From: Catajapyx aquilonaris
Taxonomy: Eukaryota
Assembly (NCBI GenBank): GCA_000934665.2
Contig: JYFJ02000539.1
Span: forward strand, 62,001 to 125,051
DNA: 63,051 nucleotides
Reading direction: 5' to 3'
Below, piece after piece: positions 52,101 to 63,051 of the stretch. A program made the translations under genes and the position numbers. The notes under the pieces were generated by a model. That model saw only the letters and a program-made list of their open reading frames with translations. It was not told the DNA's origin and searched no databases. How positions within the stretch are numbered: the first letter of the stretch is position 1; every line of letters starts with the position of its first letter.

Positions 52101-54348
52101 TCTGCGACACAATCTCACGCAAGACATTATTCTACCTGATTGCCACGCTGAATGCCGCCTTCCATCCAGACTATGACTTTTCTGATGCTAAGAGCCATGA
52201 GTTCAGCAAGGAGCCCTCCCTGCAGTGGGTCACCAATGCAGTTGACGGTAACCTATCAGCCACGGCTGGTGAGCAGTTCCGTTCGCTCAGGTCCCAACTG
52301 TGGGCTGCCATTGATGATGAGGTTGCTCTTGGAGAGTGTGACATTTACAGGTGAGCGGCAAGGATGCAAGTTATGCAAAACGACGAAGCCTGTGTGGCCA
52401 AGTTCAGTGTTACTTCATGTTTAACATGGCATAATATGTGTTAAGTCTCATGATAAGTGATGGATTTTGCTAGATCTGCGATATGTCATGTTGTTGGCAT
52501 GCTGGATACAATGGGTAGTAATAACATTCTGTCGTGTTGCTAGCACATGTGACTATATGTGGAACAATGGATTGCTTTCAGAGAATTCCTTGATTGTTAA
52601 ATGAAACATCTGTCACAATCATTCTGATGCAGTGACTGTCATTTGCCAAAGAAGCTGTACAGTACAGGAATAAACTCTGCTACAAATCTGCCTTAACCAC
52701 CGGTTTGGGTGCAATGAGATTACAATATCTTGGTACAACTGACTACAATGTGCCTGCCTGATTTTTTCAAGGCTTCAGCACAGAAGTAAAATTTGAAAAT
52801 TAAACAAAACATCGAAATGATAATATTAATGTGTAATATATTGTGATATTATATGTCTCCATAAATTGCAGTGCATCCAATCCTGTCATTAAGAAAGTGG
52901 GCATCCTGAAGGCTGCTTCACAAATTTGATGGCAAGTGAGTGGGATGGGACATGGGTGGTTAGGGAACTATGAGCAGGGCAACTCACAGATTCCTCTGTT
53001 TCATGGTGGGTGGTGGTTGAGAAGCAGAGGAATCACTAGAGTCCTACCTGATGGACTTTAGGCAGCTCAGAAGTAGGTGTGGAGCTAGCAATACAGGTCA
53101 TGATTGTTTACCTGAATGCTCTTCATTGGGAAATGGGCTCACCATGGTCCTGTGATTCTGGCTGTGACCTACTGCCAATAATTTCCAAGCCTGCTCACTT
53201 GCCACCGAATTTGCAGGACTGCCCGGAGGACGTACAGGGGGAGAAGTAGAGTGAATCCATCAACTTTTATAGCATTACCTGCAATCTGCAGCAAGCTGGT
53301 AAAAATGGGGGTGATTTTTAGAATGTACACATCTCCAGTAGTGAACCGCTGTAGAGGAAAATGAAGGAGAATGTGTACTGGTATTATGGATTGATACCTT
53401 AAGCTTCATATATCCGCACGAGATTTTAAACATTTGAAATTATTTTAATTTATTGGGAGCACCAGTAATTTTGAGGGGAAGGAGAAAAGAATGAGAATTG
53501 CCAAACTTGATCAGCCAGCTAGTTCCGCCGGATATACTGGCCTCCTGGTCGACATCATTTTAATACCAGCATGATGTATATTGCACAGTAATACCATAAT
53601 TCTGATGTTCGGTCATGAAGGCAAAAGAGAATGAAGAGAGGAGGGTAAAGTGGGCTTGACACAGTCAGGTGTGACATGGATTCGACCATTGAACCTTATG
53701 TATGACCTCTGTCATGTATAGTATTAATTGGTTTTAACTTACTTGGAGCACTGCATTGCAGCTACAACCCTGACCTGGCATCAGATCCATTTGGTGAGGA
53801 GGGCAGCCTGTGGTCCTTCAACTACTACTTCTACAACAAGAAGTTGAAGCGCATTGTGTTCTTCACATGCAGGGCTGTCAAGTGAGTCTCAATTTTTCAC
53901 TCACTGTAAAATCGGTGCTGCCAGTGTACACTGACCAGTGTGGGCATGAATAGATGGGAAGATTTTTGGCCTCACTATCACCTTGGACATCTGGCAGATA
54001 TTTCACACATTTGACTGTGATTGCATCAGACTGCTCAGCCCCTCAGTGTGCATTCTGGAGTTGTACAATACTACCTGGGATGAATCAATAGCAGTGGTGC
54101 ATGCTGGGGTTTTTCTTCCAGGTTTTTGATGTTAAATGAGGAGGCTTGAGCTGTATGAGACTTATCATTAGGGTGCATTACAAACTGCCATGACAAATGA
54201 ATGCTGGGGAAACTAATTTGTAAACAAGTGTCCACAGAAAATTGTCATGTTAACTGGCATGTTATTTTATGCTTTCAGTCCCAACTACTCCCTTTACACA
54301 ATGGATTCAGGCATTGGAAGTGGGATTCAGCTGGAAGACGATTACTAG
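49123..54348 (+). CDS. MAF1: Repressor of RNA polymerase III transcription MAF1
   Basis: Exons 49123-49205 ([13 protein letters not shown]), 51643-51792 ([10 protein letters not shown]), 52069-52350 ([23 protein letters not shown]), 53762-53881 ([36 protein letters not shown]), 54279-54348; 234 aa, all GT-AG. Confidence 0.97.
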
Positions 54349-55190
54349 GAGCGGGTGAGGAGGGAATCTGAATACGGAACACAAAGGAGATGGTGCTCAC
54401 ACGACTGTGTTTGCACCAATATAAGTTTACACAAAAAAAGGGTCTGCATTCCCTGCCTACTAACATTATTGATAAGTTGTTTTATCTCTCCACGTTATTT
54501 CCCACCCATACTGAATTATACTAGTCAGCAATTCTTTTTAAATTCATCAAGTTAGATCTCATGATACTTTAACCTATCTCACCTCAACCAAAATCTCCCC
54601 CCAACTCACTCATTATCTCTCTAGTTTGTGCCCCTTTTTGCCAGTTAAGTATTTTTCATCCCCATGAAGAGTACAAAAAATTAACATTCATATGTGTTGT
54701 ACACACCCACCCTCATATGTTTAACTAGATTTTTAAGCTGTACATCTTACCAGTGTACTCGACCTTTTCACTCCTGATCAAAGTGACACGAGTCACAAAA
54801 ATTTATTCACCCATTATTATTTTTCAAACTTGCAAACACTGCTTTTTTGTCATCACTTTTAATAGTGCAAGTTTTGTAGTATTAAATGGATAGAAAGTGA
54901 AGGTCAGCATATATGTGGACCTGCGATCAATATATATTTGGAAAGTGAGGTACGTCCCGACTGGTGTAATACTTATCTTACGGAACTGTCCACTAAATGG
55001 ATTCGTGTAAATATGCCATCTCAAGAGTGCAAGTTTTTGTGGGTAGCCGTGGATCTCTGGTTAGTCCTTTCTAAGCAATGTTCAAGGTAACTTTCAGATA
55101 GCATCACACACATCAGTTTCATGATCATATGAAATGGTTTTCACACGTGTTCATAGAATGTCAAAAAGTGCAAAAAAATTACGGTGTGTA

Positions 55191-55203
55191 AATAAATTTT
55201 ATT
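55191..55203. terminator. Back-to-back poly(A) signals for convergent MAF1 (+) and CYLD (-)
   Basis: AATAAA at 55191-55196 and TTTATT (AATAAA on the minus strand) at 55198-55203, between the two stop codons. Confidence 0.45.
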
Positions 55204-56126
55204 TTGCAATCATGAATACCTTTGAAAATAAAACACTTCCCCTCATCCTTTACAGAGAGTGACAAGGCTCGAAACTGCAATATAGTTACGGCAGTCACAA
55301 TGTAACATTAATATTCTGTATAACATAAAATAATTACAAACTTGAGGTTTAAAAAAATTGTGATCCTGTGCAAAAACTTAAAACTCCTTCAAGGGTATCA
55401 TTGCAACACCATAGCAAAATTCCTACTCCTTCTCCATAAAATAGACCAATACGACCTGCCAGTCAAATAATAAGCAGCCACCCACATAATTAGAAAAGTC
55501 TGGTTTTGACAATCCCTCTCATTCTTACCCAACAGTTAAGATTATTTTCCATCCCTCGGAAGTGGACCTACATGCTTCACTACATTTGCTGTGAAGCTAC
55601 CACAACAATTTCAGATGTGGTTTGGCCTGTTCTAATAATCCTTGCACAGGATGACAGAACTGTAGATCTTGCAACTGCGACTAGACAGCATTTTTTGGGA
55701 AGGGGGGGAAGGGAACGGGCAATAATTATCACAGTCCTAACACACCTATACAAAAAAAGCTTGCTTTCAAACTTATTTTCAGGAGGGCAATTAGCAAACA
55801 ATTTAAATAGTTGCACTTTGCTAGTGAAGCATTAACCACCAAATCCGAATAAATCTGTTCCTGGCCTTCTTTTTCCTCATGATAAAAAAATTTCCCTGCA
55901 ATGACCTGAGACACTTTTTCAAAAGTTCTCAACCGCACCACGTATCACATAACAAAACACGAACTCTCAACCCTTTGGCAAAAAGCTCAAAAATACAGTA
56001 GTCTGAATATTATGTACACACCTACAGTATTACTCGTCACACTGTCTTTTTTTAAATATGTACATCTATGTATACCTACATCGGATGGAAGATAAGGTGA
56101 AATCTGTCTTTGGTTTTGCCAAGTCC

Positions 56127-59100
56127 TCATTTGTACATGGAGACGTCACAACTCCTGTACATGCACATGTACGCATCACAGAAGAGGCGTCGCGCATGCT
56201 CCTTCAGCTTGCGGTCCTCCTTTTCCTCCAGAAAGACCCGGCTTCCCTCCTCCGACAGCCACTCGGGGAGCTCAGGACAGTGGACCATCTCAGGGATGTT
56301 GTATCCATGTTGCTCACCTGGAGTCAGAAATACGTCAGGTTTTCTTCAACATTCTTGTGACAGTGTGACTTGCCTTTTCGATCAGCCATGGAGTCAAAGA
56401 AGCACCAAGGGGCATCAGGCCCACTCCCACACTTGACAAAGGCAACATAGTGCGAGGTCTCGATGCAGACAACACTGAAGAGTTCCATGTAGAGCCTTGG
56501 GATGGAAGAGTGGTCCTTCAGTTCGGTGAACTGGGAGGGAACCATAAGTTGCCGGGCTTGATGGGCACTCCTCTTTTTGTGGCTGTGAGCCTGTCAATTG
56601 TTCAAGGTTATTGTCTTGGTAATGTTGCCCAGTTGGACCTTAGTACCTTTTCAATGCATGGTAGGCAAAATGAGATGCTCTCGAGGCCATTTCCACACTG
56701 CCCGTAGCATTCCTTGCACTCATACTCTGCTAGCTTGCCACATATGATGCATTGGCGAGGAGCTGTGTGAGAAAATTGGGATGACTCGTGATATCAATTA
56801 ATAACAAAATATAAGCTTTTGAAAATATTTCTCACAATTTTCAATCACATCTGTGACATCTAGAAGAGGTGATGGCAATATCCTGGGGTACATCTTGTAG
56901 GACTTTCCAAAACGAGGCATCTGGATGATGAGGCAAGATGGTACCTACGAAGAATACAAATAAATGTTACCTTTGCATAGCTTCTCAGATTTTAGACATG
57001 CCGTAAGTGGGGGTGACTTTGTGACAGTTTTTGAGGTTTTTCATATCAGCAGAAACGGATTAATGTTTTGTTGATTATTGCACCCTCCTCCTTCCTCTAC
57101 ATATCTGTACATGCAGACCACATCGATAGCTTTATCCTTTACAAAAATATTCACATTTGTGACAGTGATTATTTCCTTACGGTTAAACGTGATAAACAGA
57201 AAATATAACAAAGTAACCCCACAAACTCTTTATTTTACACAAATTTTCGCTTTTACAATGATATATTATTAATAAAATTAATCATTTATCATGTAATATT
57301 ATGAAACACATTTGGTCATATTTTTGGTCTTTTAGTTCAGGTCCTTAACTTCCTCATGTCCTAGGCGGCTCATTTCTTTGGATTTTCATGTGGATGTGTA
57401 CAATTTCGAGTGGTATGGTACCCTAAAGGACTGGACCATAGGTCAAACCAGTCAATACTGTAATATCCTTGGACTGACTTCGTGACAAGTTTATGCTGTC
57501 ACTAAGTCACCCCGCAAAAGAACCAAATTCATCGAACACCCTCGTATCTTCTACAAAACAAGTATAAATATGATCAAGTTATATCATTTGAGGGGTGTGG
57601 TGGAAAAAGGTAATAACCCACAAAAGTGTAATTTTTCAGAAGAGCGAATTTAAGTTAAGGGTATGCTGGTTTTGATCGAGTCTGTGTGACCGTCTCATGC
57701 ATAATACGTGAACTTGGAGTATACCAACCTGTCTGGCATGTCTTTTACATATGGTTGCTAGGTATTCAGGTCAAAAATGACAATAAGTGAGGGTCATCAC
57801 CTTTTTCCACCACACTCGCATTTCTTAGCCAATGAATTTTTCTTCAAAATAATGTACATGTTTACTCTCTTCGCAACTACGCCGGTAGCTATTAGGGAAA
57901 GTAGTCAGATGTGCCAACAATACTCGCAGTTTGCAAACTTGGAATATGACTGCCAATAATGCTGGAGGTGTAGGAGCTTTCCAAGTTGGCTACAAGGTAG
58001 CACAACATACGTAGCCATCTATTGGGGCTGGTTGCAGTCAAAAAGGTTGAATAATAACTGAGCAAGATTCGAAAAACAAATTTGTTACTAAGTCACCCCC
58101 ACTTATGGTAATCAAATTCAAAATTCCCAGTAACACTGTGTAGATTAACATATCAGCATAGTTAAAGTGCTAATTAATTGCACCAATTTACAGGAACTTT
58201 GCTTTTTTCCCTTCCAATTTTGACTTGATTCCAATAAATGATTGAACTGACCTCTTTGAGTTTGAGATTGCTGGATAGGAAGCTCTGCTCAAACAGCTGT
58301 TGCACACTTGGAAAGAACAGCCTTTCATCCTTCTCCACAAATAGCTGATAGAAGAAGGCTTCCTGCCCAGAATTCAGCTTCAGAAAGGACTCGGCCTTTA
58401 GAATCTGGGAGAGCAGGGAGTTGAGGAACTCCTCAGGGTCTGGAGGAATTAGGTGGAAAAAAAAGTATGAGCAGAATGAAACCGTCAGATACCCAAGATA
58501 CAAATATGAGACACGATACCTTTCTCCTCACTGGTCAAGCCAGTGACAGAGCTGAGATTCTCTAACAGGGTCCTCAACTTCATGACTCTGTCAGCTGCAA
58601 CATACATGTTGAGCCTCAAGGGGTTTACTATTTCTTCTCTCAACACCCTCTGCACCTCTGTGTATTGAGGGATATCACCCTCCATCGCAGGACGGTACAG
58701 GACACCATCAAAAACACTACAAAAATGTCAGAGGTAAGCTTGCACATATATTCACATCTACGCATGTGCTATAAATTTGCAAAGTAAAAACTGACCATGT
58801 GAAGGCAAACATCCCAAAAAGGGTTGCATCCAAATAACATGAGTTGTGATGTCCTTGTATTCCACGGTACTTTCCAAACATGGTCATTTCAGTCAGGTCA
58901 CTCACAGGAGGTACAATTCCAGGAATCACTGAAAAATGAAATCAAATTACAGAAATGTGAATCCAGTACAATGCAAGGAAGGTGGAGTTGGCTTGTAACT
59001 AACCTTGCTCCATACTGTTTTCCAATCCATTTCGATGGCCATCCATAAAACGACGGTCCTTCCGACAGAGCTTCACATTTGCAAAAATCGCCTTCCTGGG

Positions 59101-62100
59101 TGGGCATGAAAACAACCTCTCACCGTTCAGTGTCCCGTCAGTGGCATGAGGATATTCTGCTTCCTATACCAGAGAAAACCCATCATTATAAATTTTGCAG
59201 ACTGAAGCAATCCCGCAGTGGCCACACTAACCATTTCCAGCCCTGCAACGTGCTTAATTTCCCCCATGTCCGTAATGTCTCCCAGCCATCTTATGACCCC
59301 ATGCAGGACAACACCATCCCCAAGCTTGAGCTCTACAGCTGATCCTATGCCTAGGTCCTCATTTCTGCTCGATGTGCTCTGGTCATAAGAGGGGACATCA
59401 AGGAAGTTGGCTGGCAGCAAGTTGTCATCCTCAGGATCTTTGACATGCTCATCAATACCTGAAAGAGAAGGGGCGTGTTTCTCTTACTTTAGAATATGCA
59501 GAAGCGTACCATCTAGTGACTACAAAAGTTCATCATGAGATTAAAATTTGACTTCAAATCAAATGGTCACAGGTGTTTTAAAACAGTCTTGCTGTAACAG
59601 TTCCATATGGTGCACTCCTTTTAAACCAGCTTCAATGTTGTAACAACACAGTACATTGTCCCATTGGAAATTGTGCAAATCTTTCATCCCTCACCTCAGA
59701 TTACTGAGTTCGTGCACCAGTTAGGAATCCTTCAAGGTACAGGTGGGTATGATGTCGTGCAAACAGCTCATGAGCTGAGTCCAAATGAAACTACTGCCTT
59801 TAAGATTTTAATGACTCACTCACTTCTGTTATGGTGGTGGGCAACATAGCATCAAAACATTGGCTGGCAGTCTAGTTTTTGACGTGAATATGTCTATAAA
59901 ATCGGATCAGTAACGAAAAAGCGTTACAGACAGGGCCCAGCCAGGGGGAGCCTGAGCAAGGTCTACTATATCCGAGGTGGCGTGGGCGCAAGGTCTACTA
60001 TAGCCGAGGTGGCATGTGAGCAAAGTCTACTCTATCTGAGGTGGGCGTATGAGCGTTACAGTCAGGGCCCTGCCAGGGATGACAAACTAACCATGCATGT
60101 GTCCAGATTTTAGGGTCACAATGTAGGTCCCAGTCCCGTGACGGACTGGCATGCAGGGTGCTTAGGGTCGCCATGCATGGGTCCAGACTTTAGGGTCGCC
60201 ATGCATGGGTCCAGACTTTAGGGTCGCCATGCATGGGTCCAGACTTTAGGGTCGCCATGCATGGGTCCAGACTTTAGGGTCACCATCCGTGTGTCCAGAC
60301 TTCAATACTGATAATAAACAATCAATTCACTCCCCCCAATACTGATCCGATTTTAAAGATGTATTCACGTTCCCGACACAACCTGATGTGTGTTGTTTTT
60401 TTTAAACTTTCAAGGTTGATGAGGAATATGCCAGGTGACACCCAGTGACAATGTCATGACTATGCCACATTACTACATCTTACTGCTACCTTGCAATGCA
60501 AGTAAAAAGGAGTTGCATGATATAAGCAGGGAAACACCCAGAGCTACTTCTATTTTTAGGATTCCTGGCCATACTTTCTAAGGTCATTCTGCCAAGTACT
60601 TTGTGGGGGACTTTGCTCTCGCCATGCTTGCAAGGGTAAGCACTGTAATAGGTTTCCAATGTTTCTCAATCCAGCTTCCGCTCCAAGTGTTATGAGAATA
60701 CAAATTCTATATATGTTTTTGGGTTTCTTATCCCTAACTGGACCACTTGCATCCTGAAATGAGGTCAGTTGGGCGTCAAAACATATTTTTTGTCCTTGTG
60801 TTGTTTTCAAAAACAAACTAGTACCAACATGCAGGGAGTGACTTTCGAAAGATAGTTTATGTACACCTTACATTATGCACAGGATAAGCAGATATGATGC
60901 TCTAAAAATTTACTGATCCTGTGTTCCACGGTCACTGCTGATGCGCAAAGGAGTTCCCACATTCTGATGTAAGAAACAAAATATCCCAAAAAACACTCAC
61001 CATGGCCGTATGTCCGGTTGACTGTTGCTTGGTTACTAATGGGCTCCTCATAGAGGTGTGACAGTACATTGTTCTGAAGGGCAGGCTCCACACCAGGTCC
61101 TTTTCTTCTGGACACTGTGTCAGGTATCCTGGAAGAGGAGAACCTTTCCTGGACGGCTAGACCTGAGCAATCTCGGTCTGTTCCTGACTGCTGTGTGGCC
61201 ACACTGGACTTCCTCTCTGATGATGAGTTCCTGGCTGATGACCACGTCTTGAACTCTTGGTGGTAAGGGTCCAATTGCATACTTGAAATGTTGGTTGACA
61301 TGCTGTCACTTGTCACTGAGCTGTGCCTACTCAGTGAAGGGACCCTAACAATTTAAAAATTAATTAACCATGTGAAATCAAAATATTTGTGTGGTTACTA
61401 TAATAAAAGTGCTGTGCATGTAAACCAATACATGTAGTGAGAAGAAAAACATGACAAATTGTAATTCAGACTTCAAAGGATTATGCAAACTCCATCTAAA
61501 TCATTAACATCATTACAAAAATACACATGATTCAAAGCAATGCATCACCAGATTTTGTTGGCACAGCAGAATGCAAGAACTTACCCTTCTCTTTTAAAAT
61601 TTCTGCTTCCCACTCCATTTGAATGCTTCCCCACTCCGGTCCAGGTAGAAACTTTTGCTACAGAGTCTCCATGTAATGCGAAGCTCTCTCCATGTGCTAA
61701 GTCATGCATAAATTCAGTATCAGGAACAGATGATGAGTATAGTTCTGAGTGACCTCGTCTAGGTATTGGATCAGCATTCCTCATGTTTGAATCTGCAAAG
61801 AAGAATTTTTTAAGGCAATGGCATTATATGTGACCCTCACACAAGCATCATCTGCGTATTTATGGCCAACCTGAATCTGAATGCCTCCTTCCACAAAAAT
61901 CATCTGCTTTGATCAATGCTGCAATTGGAATCAGTCCTCCATGCTTCTTATGAGTGGAGAACAACTTCTTCCCTTTGAAGCTACCATCACCTGTACCCAC
62001 AGGATTATCCTAAAAAATTATAATTATTATTAGCAACACTTCTCATTAATGGAATATTTACAAGCACTATTAATATTTGACACAATTACTGTTGGCAGAA

Positions 62101-62466
62101 TCACATTTGCAACCCACATAATAATCATCCCTTGATACCTCCCCACCTTCAAATAAATGCTACAAGATCAGCCAAAAACAAACCACCAGCAGGAATAATT
62201 GTTCAAATGCACTGAGGGTGACATAATCTTCTCTTTTTAACTCACAAATTCAACTCCTGCAAAAACATCTCCATCCTGTCCCAGTCGTCCCAGCCACTTC
62301 ACCACACCATATTCAGGTTTATTTTCATTAAGCCAAACCACCCTCTCTTCCACTTTAACTGGCAAATTTTCATGACATTCAGATGGTGTAGCTGCAGACT
62401 TCTTTTTCATGTAAAGGTTTAGCTGGAGCGTGGACGAGGAGGTTTTTGAGGCATCACCAGTATTGC
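56127..62466 (-). CDS. CYLD: Ubiquitin carboxyl-terminal hydrolase CYLD (two CAP-Gly domains + USP domain with B-box)
   Basis: Exons 62466-62246, 62009-61871 (CAP-Gly), 61792-61585, 61344-61001, 59458-59232, 59163-59004 (CAP-Gly), 58928-58796 ([13 protein letters not shown], catalytic Cys), 58716-58520, 58439-58252, 56944-56836 (QMPRFGK), 56762-56647 (B-box), 56590-56374 (IETSHY...FFDSMAD), 56317-56127. Start is either the ATG at 62410 or further upstream. Confidence 0.95.
57001..58108. mobile_element. 1.1-kb pogo/Tc1-like MITE in a CYLD intron
   Basis: TIR CC(g/a)TAAGTGGGGGTGACTT at both ends, right end followed by TA; internal TIR-like copy GTCACTAAGTCACCCC near 57498. Confidence 0.8.
59954..60050. 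repeat. 32-bp tandem repeat x3
   Basis: Units GAGCAAGGTCTACTATATCCGAGGTGGCGTGG at 59954, 59986 and 60018 (diverged). Confidence 0.85.
60163..60302. repeat. 28-bp tandem repeat x5
   Basis: TAGGGTCGCCATGCATGGGTCCAGACTT at 60163, 60191, 60219, 60247 (identical) and 60275 (diverged). Confidence 0.95.
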
Positions 62467-63051
62467 CTGGAAAAGAATTTAAATGAGCACTATATGACAG
62501 AAAGGTTCATTAAATACTGCAATTAGTTACGCAATGCGAAGCATACACTAATGAAAGGCACACATTGCATGATAACCTTGAGAAATGAATTTGGGTGGCG
62601 TAACAATATAATTTTGCACAACTCTGTGCTTTATATTTTTCCCAAGCCACTACTCATTTCCTGAGAAGCAAAAAGTATCCAATTATTAGAGGACATGCAG
62701 TTACAATCCCAAACATGCTCTTTCCTATACCAGTACTGCTATTTTTGGTAAATCAACAGTATTAATCCCAGAATGAACTGAGGTCACTCTGATTCTTATG
62801 TTTGAAATGATATCACCTTTTCATCATTTTTATGGTGACTTGCTCATGTGTGACAATGATGAAGTTGTCAATCCAAACTTAAGGTGGAAATGAAGCTAGA
62901 GTCACTCAATGAGAATTTTATGAAAAAAACATATGTTACGCAGTTTTGTGTCTACTTATCAATGGTGCAAAGAAAAATACACGTCACCATGCAAATTAGC
63001 GAACTAGAGGGCTCAGAAGTTCGCGATTTAACATGGGCCCTTATGGCAGAA

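Larger units (their letters stand above)
59882..60370. mobile_element. MITE-like element with 31-bp TIRs enclosing minisatellites
   Basis: TIR ACGTGAATA..TCT.TAAAATCGGATCAGTA (59882-59912 / 60340-60370); no clear TSD. Confidence 0.7.

Noticed and set aside
52900..53230. Degenerate inverted repeat (CAAATT.G.TGGCAAGTGAG) in a MAF1 intron
   Set aside because: Too short and diverged, with no TSD; possibly an old MITE but not supportable.
60163..60302. 28-bp direct repeats as a CRISPR array or interstitial telomere (unit junction gives TTAGGG)
   Set aside because: Units are head-to-tail with no spacers, there are no cas genes, the context is a eukaryotic intron, and TTAGGG occurs only once per 28-mer.
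60556..60816. Possible extra CYLD exon
   Set aside because: Its open frame is phase 0 at the tttcag acceptor while the flanking exons need phase 1; the phase-1 reading stops after a few codons.

Overview
Eukaryotic, intron-containing animal DNA, probably from an arthropod; the species cannot be determined from this window. Five multi-exon protein-coding genes can be reconstructed from splice sites and phases: (1) a spalt/SALL zinc-finger gene (+, 10288-20680; exon 1 not found in the window); (2) a HOIL-1L/RBCK1-type RBR ubiquitin ligase (-, 32840-24134) with a ~1380-aa N-terminal exon; (3) a DUF229 alkaline-phosphatase-superfamily gene (-, 43301-41104); (4) MAF1 (+, 49123-54348); (5) the deubiquitinase CYLD (-, ~62466-56127). 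The most striking observation is a two-exon CAP-Gly module at 40255-39912 (-). It is homologous to the first CAP-Gly of the neighbouring CYLD, with the same intron position and phases, and its phase-1 donor can splice in frame into the HOIL-1 gene. This suggests a CYLD-derived CAP-Gly fused to a LUBAC ligase subunit that is itself linked to its opposing DUB. Other points: a candidate alternative exon that would rewrite the last spalt finger, a 65-aa uORF before MAF1, a GC-AG intron in CYLD, a back-to-back poly(A) signal between MAF1 and CYLD, nested non-autonomous DNA transposons (including a 1.9-kb hAT-like palindrome) and a tRNA-derived SINE. All gene models are manual and lack transcript support.
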